Assembly: GCF_006345805.1 (NCBI RefSeq) | Contig: NC_043015.1 | Location: 20,212,001 to 20,276,000 of the forward strand | Length of the DNA: 64,000 bases | From: Octopus sinensis | Taxonomy: Eukaryota | Direction: 5' to 3' | In this document: positions 52,831 through 64,000 of the stretch, one piece after another | Layout: each line of letters opens with the position of its first letter | Position numbering within the stretch: the stretch's first letter is position 1 | Notes under the pieces: model-generated | The model's database searches: none | Seen by the model: only the letters and a program-made list of their open reading frames with translations | What the model was told of the DNA's origin: nothing | Made by a program: the position numbers and the translations under genes

Positions 52831-53872
52831 CATGACTATCTTATATAGCAGTTGAACATTGCTTGACTGAGTCTGTTTTGTTGTATTCTTGCTTGGTAGA
52901 TGTAAGTTGCTATTTTCTCGAAAATTTCCGCTTTATGATGTTCTGTTGTTCGTATTCTTGTTCATATAAAGTTTGTATTCTTGTGCTTGCTCTTATCATT
53001 TGTGTTCTGTGTCATTTTGTTTCTAACCGTAACCGCTGCCTTTTTTTTAAAAAAATTTTACGCTGGAGATTATATTTTGTGTTTGTTGGACGACACTCAA
53101 AAGCAACATTTGATGCAAATCGCTTGACCCTTTTACTGCGGAAAGCAGATCTATCCACATGAAATTTCATTACCCTTAACTGGGAGAAGCAGTTTTATGC
53201 ACAAATATATCTTTTATTAAAAAAATGTCATGTTTGAAACTATTTTTTTTTGTTGAAATACATAAAGTGACGCAACGGGATTTGCAGAAAGCACCAATAC
53301 TATTTTTGGGGAGATATTTAACATCAGTGCTGGAATAACCATGAAACCTCATTTCACTGCTAAACGGTTAATGGGTGTTTCGTTACTAAACCTGACTTTA
53401 AAGCAGTCCTCTTGAGTCCAGCTTTTATGATTTCTGGAAAATTGCAGATAAACCTGGTTGTGTTTTTTTTCCTTATGACAGTCTTAGATTTCCTTTTCGC
53501 TAGATGACTTGCAACTAAATCGAAGTCAGTGCTCCTTTAACGTGCGGTCTACCGCACTATCAGTAGTCAACACTATGAAGTGACTTAATCCGGGTTAGGA
53601 GTAGGGTTTAGGGTTCGTGTTTAGTGTTTCGCACCTCGAAGTCTTTCTACGATTCACACCTTAGTGCTATATTTTGTTGTTGGTGGTGGTGGCTGCCCTT
53701 GTATGGCATTACTAGATTTAAACTAGAAAACATCAAAAAGACGATGAATCATGCCATCCATTCGAAGATATGCTGTACAAGGTCTGTCTGATTTGTCAGA
53801 TGTTTTACATCTACTTGTCTGATGAAGTGTATTGGACTGAATCAGGAGATAGGCTTAAATGGCTTCATATCT

Positions 53873-54228
53873 TTCCTCAATATGTCTCTTTTGCCACGTA
53901 AAGCAACAATTAGAACCGTTTATTCAAATGATAATCCCACAAATTTACAAATATGTCGACTGACGTATCTTGCAGTATCATAAATGTCAAACAGATGCTT
54001 CATCATTCACTTACCGTGATATACAATATAATTTGTTGTGTTATTTGCAAATATCTTGCAGATAATTAGCTGTTATCTAATACGTCAAAATATATTTAGA
54101 AGCATCCTTAATTTTTGTGTTCAGTCTAATGATCAGGACCGTATTTTCAGCGCACAGACATATCTTATACATCGTGTATGTGTGTGTATGAGATTTCTGT
54201 TCATATATGTACACACACACGTACGCAC

Positions 54229-54262
<34 letters not shown>

Positions 54263-54274
54263 CACACACACACA

Positions 54275-54326
<52 letters not shown>

Positions 54327-54827
54327 CATACATATATGCACACACATATATATGCATATATACACATATATATACAAACACATGCATACATATGTATATA
54401 TATACATTATACATATATACATATATATATATATATACATATATACATATATACATATATATATATACATATATACATATATGCATATATACACATACAT
54501 ATATACACATATATATACACACACATGCATACATATGTATATATATACATTATACATATATACATATATATATACATATATACATATATATATATATATA
54601 CATATATGCATATATACACATACATATATACACACATATATATGATTCCTCAATATGTCTCTTTTGCCACGTAAAGCAACAATTAGAACCGTTTATTCAA
54701 ATGATAATCCCACAAATTTACAAATATGTCGACTGACGTATCTTGCAGTATCATAAATGTCAAACAGATGCTTCATCATTCACTTACCGTGATATACAAT
54801 ATAATTTGTTGTGTTAATTGCAAATAT
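53873..54827. repeat. 182-bp direct duplication (53873-54054 / 54646-54827)
   Basis: Only one mismatch seen by eye. Confidence 0.9.
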
Positions 54828-54829
54828 TA

Positions 54830-55210
54830 TGTTATCAAAGAAGCTTGAGAGGCGGTTGGATGGAACCTACACACGCCTCCTTATGAGAGCTCAAAATCTC
54901 TCGTGGAGGCGCCATCCAACCAAAATGCAAATATATGGGAAACTACCACCTGTGTCATCTCTTGTGAAAGGTAGGAGAGTCCAGTTTGCTGGACATTGTT
55001 GTAGAGCTGAAAAAGAAGTAATTTCTACTCTTCTCCTCTGGAAGCCATCTATTCGCAATACCAGAGGGCGCACACTCTCCTACCCTGATGTAATCTCCAG
55101 GGATACAGGCATCCAGCAACAGGACCTCCGTAATGCCATGATGGACCGTGAAGTCTGGCGTAGCATGGTAAATTCCATTGTCTCGACCACGGTCGAACAA
55201 TGATGATGAT
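54830..55210 (+). mobile_element. 5'-truncated RTE-type (RTEX-like) LINE 3' end
   Basis: Uninterrupted frame LERRLDGTYTRLLMRAQNLSW...RRVQFAGHC.R...WRSMV; (TGA)n tail. Confidence 0.85.
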
Positions 55211-55501
55211 ATACATTATACATATATACACACACATATATATACATATATGCATAGTTACACATACATATATACACACATGCATTTATATATTTACACA
55301 CGCACGCACATATACGTAAGCATATACATACCTACACACGACACCCACACATTTAACTTGCATTAATGTTTGATCATCGAGTGAAATGTTATATATTCTA
55401 ACAACATCAAATGGACGTCAGATAGTGATGGAAAAATGATAAGCGTATATATATAAATATGTCTGCCTGTGAGTAAGTGAATATGTATACGTGAGTGGAT
55501 G

Positions 55502-55532
<31 letters not shown>

Positions 55533-56434
55533 GTGTGTGTGTGTGTGTGTGGATGTATGTGCTGATATAGGAAAGGTCAACATATTTGAGAGACAACAAG
55601 CTTTGGGTCATGTTATCGGATCAAACGGAATTTACTTTTCATGATAAAAGCATTGTAGATTTTGATGAATTAACTCGATTATCAAAGATATTGCAAACTT
55701 TGACATCTTTGCGTCATTGCTGGCTGGCATTCCCATTATTTAGTGGAAGAGTCCATCCACTATGTGGGTATCTTCTTTGTATTTGTGTGTGTGTGTGTGT
55801 GTGGGGGGGGGGGCTGTGTGCAAAAGCCACACAACACACTTCGTATCCTGTTTGATGATCAGGAGCGTGAAATTCGAATAGCTAGATGTGAGTGCTATCT
55901 GTCATAATCACAAATAGCTCTCACCCCTCGGCATTGAGCAAAATTTTTTATTTATCACGTGTACACTTATATAACTTAGATAGGTTTCGGCCAGTATAGG
56001 TCGAGCCCATGTCTAACTTAATAACACCACCTGGTGAAGTCTTTTAGATCGTGATTCACACCTCAGTCATACATGGCCCACTCTAGCAAAGAGTTATTAT
56101 TGTTGAAGACATATCCGGGATTCGTTGGAGAAATTTGAGCAAAGAACTTTTGAATTTTATGGGATCTGTTTCCGTTTTGTTGTATTTAGGTGTAATATAA
56201 AATATTTAAAATGGATGTTCTGTTATAACACGGAATACTTCAATAGTTGCTCTGAGAGAACCTCTGATATGATTTTGGTGTGTATATAACCACTCTTGTT
56301 TATATCGCTAGCAGGAGACAATCCCTGCCCTCACCGCTGCTAGGGTCACCAGATCACGCAATTTCGCCCTTAGCCATAGCGTCTGACCAGTGGGAGTAGC
56401 AGCGGCTGTTCTGCTAACGATATAAAGTGAATCG

Positions 56435-56699
56435 AATCCAGGTAAAAAAAAAGTCACAGGAAAAAAAAAAAACTCACGGAAAAAGTCACAGGGGTTTTGT
56501 CTGGGGTAGAGTTTTATCCGAGGGAATATTCTCCTGGAGGGTTTTGTCCGGATCCCATAAATTGTGACTTTTTTCTTGTGACTTTATTACCGGCCACCAT
56601 AAATTAACTGAGACTTCTTTTCCTGTGACTTTTTTTCCTAGACAAAATTGTGCCTTTATTACTGTAACTTTATTCCTGTGACTTTAATTACCGGTCACC
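56435..56699. mobile_element. Non-autonomous DNA-transposon remnant with AAAGTCAC/GTGACTTT subterminal repeats (MULE-like?)
   Basis: Oppositely oriented repeated motifs; ggggttttgtc repeats. Confidence 0.5.
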
Positions 56700-57024
56700 A
56701 GTGAATCATAGGCCCTATTCAGGCGCTGGTGTCGTAAATAGCCAATGGGCTTCTTAAAAAAAAGGAATTAAAGCAACAGAAGCCGTATTACTATCAAAAA
56801 GCAATATTTATCATCCTTTAAAAGTGGGTGTTGTGTTAGAGCACTGAATACGGCGGAAGGTATCATCTAATATGGTTTTGTGATTCGTATAAGCAGTCCT
56901 GTTTACAATCTTTAGTGGGCGACAATCACCGCCGCCGTCCTAATACAGCATCTATGTTTAAGCGGTGAAAAATATAAAAGTATTAATACTGCTTCTATCG
57001 TATGTATGTATGCGCATATATATA

Positions 57025-57717
57025 TCTCTTATTATAAAAGGCAGATTTTATCTGCCTCCCTTTGTAAGTTATAGAAATCTACAATATAGGATTTCTTCAA
57101 TTACAATTTACTTAGCATTTTTAAGAGTAGAATGCATCGGGTCATGCCAGGTCCAGTTTTTAAAATTTAAACTCCAATTAAGCAAAATTTAGAGAAAACT
57201 CACATTCTGGTGTGTATGTCAAATGCTTTTCTTAGTCTGGTTTACAGCACACGCAAACGCACACACACAGTGTGCAACGAATAAAGTGAAACTAGATGTA
57301 ATATTTAAAAAGAAAGCAGCAAACAGAAACAAATAAATACATAATGATTTACTCCTCACACAATTTCTTCAATTAGACTTTACCTATGATTTTTCAAAGA
57401 ACTTCCATTGGTTCATGCCATACAAAATTTCTTTCAATTTCACCCCCAATTAAGACAAAATTCGAGAAAACTCAATATTTTAACATTTCACTTTGAAGCC
57501 TTTACTCTGCCTATTACTCCCACTTCCTCATTAGACACATAGACACGCTAATATATACGACAGTGTCAATTGTTGACAGACATTGTAAGCTAACGTGTGT
57601 GTGTGTGCGTGTGTGTCTGTGTGTGTGTGTGTGTGAGTGCGTGTGTGTGAGGGTGCGTGTGTGTGTGTGTGTGTGTGACAGGGACGACCCATTCAGACTG
57701 GTCATCCTTTTTGCTAG
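57025..57717 (+). mobile_element. Probable non-autonomous Helitron
   Basis: A|TCTCTTATTATAAAAG 5' end; GGACGACC..GGTCATCC hairpin then CTAG; internal diverged duplication; followed by A rather than T. Confidence 0.5.
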
Positions 57718-58034
57718 AAGATCACCTATGCTACACCACTGGTTTTCAGTTCATATTAATCAAATTAATATTCACAAGAAGAAGGACTATTCATTATAAT
57801 ACATCAGTTCCATCGGACAATTGCACAAACATTTGCCATTTTACACATGTATGTAAACAAATTCCTTTCTTTTAGAATTTCAATTCATTTACTTTTTCAA
57901 TTCATACAAAGTTATTTAGGACGAATATAACATCTAAAGTTATCTCTAAGAAGCAGAAAGATCGCCCAAAAGTGTATATAGATATTTAAATGTATTTATA
58001 TATTCATCTATACACACATGTATGTATATATATA

Positions 58035-58310
58035 TATACATACATAAGACAGTGAGGTGTGATTTGAGGGAGATTTGGCTGCTATTTCTACCATGTCTAG
58101 CTGCCATGTAGGGGTCTCCCTCATAGGCTCATACATACATATATACATAGATAAGACAGTAAGGTGTGATTTGGGGGAAATTTTGCTGCTATTTCTACCA
58201 GGTCTAGCTACCATGTAGAGGTCCCCCTCATTGGCTCATATATATATACATACATAAGACAGTAAGGTGTGATTTGAGGGAGATTTGGCTGCTGTTTCTA
58301 CCAGGTCTGT
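58035..58310. repeat. Tandem array of about 2.5 copies of a 105-110-bp unit
   Basis: taagacagt.aggtgtgatttg recurs three times. Confidence 0.88.
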
Positions 58311-58369
58311 TAGGCCTTCTCATGTAAACTCAAGCTTTCTCATGCCTTGAACATAAGACCAAAGCAGAG

Positions 58370-58560
58370 AATGTATTCTTTTATTCTTCTGCTTTTTCCA
58401 GCCATTGGTCTGTGGCCATGCTGGGGCAATGCCTTGAAGAATTGTAGTTTAATGAATCAACTCCAGTTTTATTTTTGTAAGCATTGTACTTATTCTTTGT
58501 CAAACCACTAGGTGACAGGGATGTAAACAAACCAACATTCGTTGTCAAGCAGTGGTGGAG
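58370..58560 (-). mobile_element. SINE family A 3' half
   Basis: gtggccatgctggggca...gtaaacaaaccaac. Confidence 0.7.
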
Positions 58561-58668
58561 GACAATCACAAGCACAGACACGCACACACACACACATACA
58601 TGTATACACATATACACACATACATACATACATACATATATATATATATATATGTGTATATATATATA

Positions 58669-58927
58669 TTGCAGCGTGGAAGGTGTTTGTAAGCCATTTA
58701 AGAAACACACAAAAACCGTTAGATTCACTTCAACATTTAAATTTAATTTGCCAAAATATTTCCTCTCGCTTGAGACCGCGACCTGTTCACTGACAAAAAT
58801 ATCGTGCTAACAGGTCGCGGTCTCAAAGCGACGAAAATATTTTGACAAATTAAATTTAAATGTTGAAGTGAATCTAACGGTTTTTGTGTGTTTCTTAAAT
58901 GGCTTATAAACACCTTCAACGCTGCAA
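58669..58927. repeat. Long inverted repeat (119-bp arms, 21-nt spacer)
   Basis: 58669-58787 is the near-perfect reverse complement of 58809-58927. Confidence 0.9.
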
Positions 58928-58999
58928 CTGTTTTCGTTCCAGCACACGATCTCAGATCAAGTCACTTGCTATGCAAGTACATCTTTGTAACTATATATA

Positions 59000-59062
<63 letters not shown>

Positions 59063-59125
59063 TGGTAAAAACAGTACGATAACAAAAGAAAGAAAGAGAC
59101 CTCAATATTATGTAAATAGAGGAAA

Positions 59126-59520
59126 TCTTTATATATGAAAGTGAGGTTGTGTGTCTGTCTCCTACGATTTAGATTCCTAACTACTCCCACATTTTGCGGT
59201 GCAGTTTAACCAAAACCGGGTATCTTATAGTCGTGATTCATATCCAGACCGTCTGTGTATTAGCGCGCGTCTACGATGAGTCTACGATTTAAAAAAAAAT
59301 TTACCATCAATTTTTCCCATTTTTAATACATTTTTGACATATATAAGGGAAGTAACTCTCTAAAATTTATTATTAAATCTCAGAACGTAAAAAGCTACAG
59401 TAACACCCCTCCCCCTTTGTGGTTAGCCATATTGAGATGGCTATTATACTTTACATCTCTAAAAATGCTTATATAATTATTTCCCTTACAAACCCGAGCA
59501 ACGCCGGGCGATACTGCTAG
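59126..59520 (+). mobile_element. Non-autonomous Helitron, 395 bp
   Basis: A|TC start; CCCG-agcaacgc-CGGG hairpin at 59493-59508; CTAG|T end. Confidence 0.85.
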
Positions 59521-59989
59521 TATATATATATAACTTCGAATCTGAGTCAATAATGTAACTAAAAGTGAAATATGAAACAGCAGTAAGCATAGGAAATTGA
59601 ATATTTTTTCTTTTGCCTCTCACTTCTGGATTTTAAATTACATCTTAAATTTATTGTTACATGATAGCAGTTGGAGTGCTATTACGAGCTACTTTTGATT
59701 TTCCGAATCGTGTGCGTGCGTATTAATCTTCTTCTGTGGAGTTAAGATTAAATCATTTGCTTTTTCTCTGGATAGAAAGAAAGTCTATCGTAAATTGAGG
59801 TTAACGTCAGAAGTCACACTGAGGAATTTGCCGTAGGAAATCCCGAAATTTATTGTTTAGATCGGCAAGAATTATCAAACCTCATTTTTCAAACCCAATA
59901 TCAAACCTCATTTTTCAAGTGTGTATGAATATGTGCATATGTATATGTGTGTAGATGTTTATGCACATATTGGGTGTATGGATGTGTAT

Positions 59990-60325
<336 letters not shown>

Positions 60326-60908
60326 TATTTCGTGTAACGTTAAGCGGTGGCAGATAAATCCTCTATTCATGTGGATGGAAAGCTAGTCCCTCACATTGAT
60401 TTTCCTCGTAGAATATTTAATCTGAGCGCTGTATATCAAGGCAATTATCCTTGGCGTGTCCTTAATTTTAAACTATGCATTAAACTATGCAAGATAAATC
60501 TCATGGACATTTACTTTCAGTGGTTCGCTACCTAGCATATGATATTTACTTCCAGAAGTTTTGCACTCGGCATGAGTACATTATATACTTACATACGTAT
60601 AACATATGTATATATGTATACTATTACGTCTGAATGTACGAAATATTAATGTCTAGAACAATTTTAATTAGATCTACGTTTTAATAAATTGCAATATAAA
60701 TGATAATGTTTCCCCAGTATATTTAATGTATAACTGCACACACGTTCACATATGCGCGTACCTGTACACACAGATATATACGAGTAGGCGGGTATATGTA
60801 TGTAAATACATATACACACACAATATATGCGTGTGCGTGTGTTTTTGTCGGCCTAACATAATACTTGACTTTTCACGTGAACTTGCAAGCTGCCGTAGGT
60901 GTTAGTTT

Positions 60909-60945
<37 letters not shown>

Positions 60946-61274
60946 TCTCTCACTCCTTTTCTTTCCTCCTCTCTTTCTCTCTTTCTCTCTCTATCTATCT
61001 GTCTCGTACCTGTGTGTGTAGTAAAAATCAATGGACTTCCGTCGGTTTCGTTGATGACTGTGTTCAATCAACAGGACTAGCTATTCATAGAACTGAGAGT
61101 AGCTGAGTATACCAGTCTTCGATTTGGTTGAACGGACTGCATTGATTTAATATCGACTCCTTGCACCTAATGGTAGTCTCTCGAAGTCCGAGAAAGACGG
61201 TCCCTAAATTCCTTACTGGACAACCTGCACGAATGATTTGTTTATAGTGATCAAATGTTTGTGCCGAAGAGTAG

Positions 61275-61600
61275 TAAAGGCGCGTGGCTTACTGGTTAGG
61301 ACATTCGGCTCACGATTGAAAGGTCGTGAGTTCAATACCCAGCAATGTGTTGTGTCCTCGAGCAAGACACTTTATTTCCCGTTACTCCAGTCCTCTCAGC
61401 TGGCAAAAGTGAGTTGTACCTGTATTTCAAAGGGGCCAGCCTTGTCATACTCTGTGTCACGTTGAATCTCCCTGATAACTGCGTTAAGGGTACACGTGTC
61501 TGTGAGTCACTTGCACATTAATTTCACTAATTTCACGAGCAAGCTGTTCCGTTGATCGTATCAGCTTGGACTGTCGTTGTCGTAACCGACGGAGTGCTGA
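61275..61600 (+). mobile_element. Near-complete SINE family C (Meta-domain-like)
   Basis: gcgtggcttactggttagg..GAGTTCAATACC..gttgtgtcctcgagcaagacacttt..ctccagtcctctcagctg. Confidence 0.8.
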
Positions 61601-61619
61601 ACAGTAACTCACTCTCCAT

Positions 61620-61755
61620 CAGATCGACTTTTGCTGAATATGTGAGATGAAGTGTTTTACTCCAGAACAGAATGCACCACCCGGTCTAAGAATTGAAATC
61701 ACGATCTCGTAATCGGGAGTGCAACATCCCTAACCACTACGTCATGCGCTCCTCA
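61620..61755 (-). mobile_element. SINE family C head, reverse orientation
   Basis: Similar to the head inside the 18.5-20.5 kb repeat unit. Confidence 0.65.
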
Positions 61756-62229
61756 CTGCGAAGTTTGTAGGTATACCAAAACATCTTTTTTTTAACGCAA
61801 TGCAGACCCCTTTCAGACTGGGATAACTGGAGGATATTTTGAGAGTGGGTTAACTGAGGGTATTTTGGAGAGTGGTCTAGCCGTAGAGGCTATTCGAAGA
61901 GTTGGCTAACTGTGGAGGATGCGGTTTGAAGGCACGAAAATAAAGTCGTTCTAACCTCTCGACTTGCAATCGGGTAAAGCTGGCAGATGGCTCAATTGTT
62001 AACACGCGTTCTCACGACTTCTCCGCCATGTCTGGCTTCTATCACAGACAGACTGAAAAAGAGCGAAACTTTTCTTCTGACTCGCCAACGTGACGTCATC
62101 TCTCTCCCTTTCCGGTCTTCCTTCCACCATAGAGGATAACTGGAGAGTAGGTTAGCCGTAGAAGATATCTTGGAGATTATTTACATTATTCACATTTGAC
62201 GTATGTTTGTCCTCACCTTGTTTGTTGTT

Positions 62230-62275
62230 AACACAACGTTTCGGCTGATATACTCTCCTGCCTTCATCAGGTGTC
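62230..62275 (-). ncRNA. Type I minimal hammerhead ribozyme, left copy
   Basis: GACAC-CUGAUGA-A-GGCAG..CAGCC-GAAA-CG-UU|GUGUU; one mismatch in helix II. Confidence 0.7.
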
Positions 62276-62398
62276 TTGGGGAATTTTTAAACCTGGGTTC
62301 TCATTCCTTAAGTACTTTTCGATATCATCATGATCATGATCATGATCATGATCATGATCATGATCATGATCATGATCATCATATCATCATCATCATCA

Positions 62399-62435
<37 letters not shown>

Positions 62436-62541
62436 CATTATTATCATTCAGGTCACTGCCTGTAATCGAACTCGGAATCTTGGGGTTAGTAGCCCGCGCT
62501 CTTAACCTCTACGCCATATACTCGTGGTTAAGAGCGCCATA

Positions 62542-62595
62542 TGGCATAGTGGTTAAGATCGCGGGCTACTAACACCAAGATTCCGAGTTCGATTC
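62542..62595 (+). promoter_or_regulatory. RNA polymerase III internal promoter (A and B boxes)
   Basis: A box TGGCATAGTGG 62542-62552; B box GTTCGATTC 62587-62595. Confidence 0.75.
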
Positions 62596-62675
62596 CAGGC
62601 AGTGACCTGAATAATAATAATAATGACATCGGAAAATACCTTAGAAATGAGAATCCCGGTTCGAAATTTCCGCAA

Positions 62676-62721
62676 GACACCTGATGAAGGCTGGAAAGTA
62701 TATCAGCCGAAACGTTGTGTT
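62676..62721 (+). ncRNA. Type I minimal hammerhead ribozyme, right copy
   Basis: GACAC-CUGAUGA-A-GGCUG[10 nt]CAGCC-GAAA-CG-UU|GUGUU; predicted cleavage after 62716. Confidence 0.8.
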
Positions 62722-63520
62722 AACAACAAACAAGATGAGGACAAATATCGTCAAATGTAAATAATGTAAATAATTCCTCATCTCTAAAATATAGAACTGT
62801 AATATCTTGGAGAGTGGGCTAACTGTGGAGTGTATTTCCTCGTATGAGCCCAATTTCTTCTATTTATATATATATATATATGGATGCATGACTGGGTGTG
62901 CGCGACTATGTGTTTGTGTGTGTGTGCAAATCTGTGGGTGATATGCGTGGGTGTATGTGTGTGTGTGGGTATGCATGTAGCGCGTGCGCGTGTGGTGTGT
63001 GTATGTGTGTGTGTGTCTGCAGTGTGGGCTAGCCATGGAGATCTCGGTAAAGTGCTTCTCTGGTTTACAATTCCGTCATATGCTCCAGAGACTCGTAAAA
63101 TTTTACGCACAAACATTATTGCATTCATATATTCATGTCCTCAGATAAGCTTTGTCTTTACTCATTTCTTTACACTCAATCAAATACACACACGCACAAC
63201 TATTCGCTTAAAAAAATACAGAAACGAACACACACACATTTTAACATAGACCGTTACACGCAAACACACATTCATATACATATTGTCGTGACTCTTTCAT
63301 ATCTCACCAAACCCCACATTTTCACACACACACACACACTATATATATATATATATATATATATCTCCGCACATACTATTATATAGATATACACACGCAC
63401 TTACATGTCAACACATACGTAACCTTACATACACACACTATATATAAATATATATGTATATACGCACATACAGTTATGTAGATATATACACGCACTCACA
63501 TATATCGATACATTACGTAG

Positions 63521-63564
<44 letters not shown>

Positions 63565-63790
63565 GCACACACACTATGTATGTATGTATGTATGTATGTA
63601 TGTATGTATGTATGTATGTATCTATCTCTCTCTATATATATATTTATGTATGTATGTATGTACATATGTATGTATGTATGAATGTATGTATGTATGTATG
63701 TATGTATGTATGTATGTATGTATGTATGTATGTATGTATCTATCTATCTATCTATCTATATACATACCTAACTGTATGTGCATATATATA
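63565..63790. repeat. (TATG)n/(TATC)n array
   Basis: Direct repeat. Confidence 0.93.
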
Positions 63791-64000
63791 TATCTGCACA
63801 TACAGTTATATAGATATACACACGCACTCACTCAGACAAACAGACACGCGCGCGCGCGTTTACTTTGTGTTTTGCTTATGAGAACGCCTTAGACGATGAC
63901 GTTGGGAGATTGGGAGATGACTTCCGGCATCGGCATTTGATGTCGGAATCCTTTGATATTGTCGAAACACTTCAAAGGGAATTGATTATTTCAGCTCAGA

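Larger units (their letters stand above)
62176..62801. mobile_element. Head-to-head dimer of a tRNA-headed SINE carrying a hammerhead ribozyme, with 11-bp TSD
   Basis: Arms 62176-62518 (-) and 62539-62774 (+) are reverse complements; ATATCTTGGAG at 62165-62175 and 62802-62812. Confidence 0.85.

Noticed and set aside
53594-53615. Telomeric TTAGGG (also near 6381)
   Set aside because: Only one or two imperfect units
58035-58310. CRISPR-like repeat-spacer pattern
   Set aside because: The whole unit is repeated with no unique spacers, in a eukaryotic context
62539-62610. tRNA gene (also the other SINE heads)
   Set aside because: A and B boxes are present but the acceptor stem does not pair, and the head runs into a SINE body
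63885-64000. Possible exon at the window edge (DDDVGRLGDDFRHRHLMSESF...)
   Set aside because: Too short, truncated by the window, and no recognisable homology

Overview
AT-rich, microsatellite-dense eukaryotic DNA with no recognisable intact host gene. By repeat content it looks like a coleoid cephalopod, probably Octopus (inference, not verified). Almost all ORFs in the track are translated microsatellites or transposon remnants. Supported content: (1) a 5'-truncated, decayed L1/Tx1-type LINE sitting inside an ATCT/ACCT microsatellite; (2) remnants of RTE, HERO/NeSL-like, CR1/L2-like, I/Jockey-like and Penelope-like retroelements; (3) a full-length decayed hAT/Buster transposon with a perfect 8-bp TSD, a DD37D maT-type element, mariner/Tigger/foldback MITEs and Helitron-type elements; (4) dozens of copies from at least four tRNA-derived SINE families; (5) local duplications with template-switch signatures. 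The most interesting signal is a set of hammerhead-ribozyme (HHR) motifs: two inside a head-to-head tRNA-SINE dimer flanked by an 11-bp TSD (62176-62801), a type I motif with a palindromic helix III (44451-44496), a candidate non-circularly permuted HHR (14352-14411) and a dead copy near a Penelope endonuclease remnant (22624-22660). No rRNA, true tRNA gene or CRISPR array was found. All alignments were done by eye, so boundaries of decayed elements are approximate.
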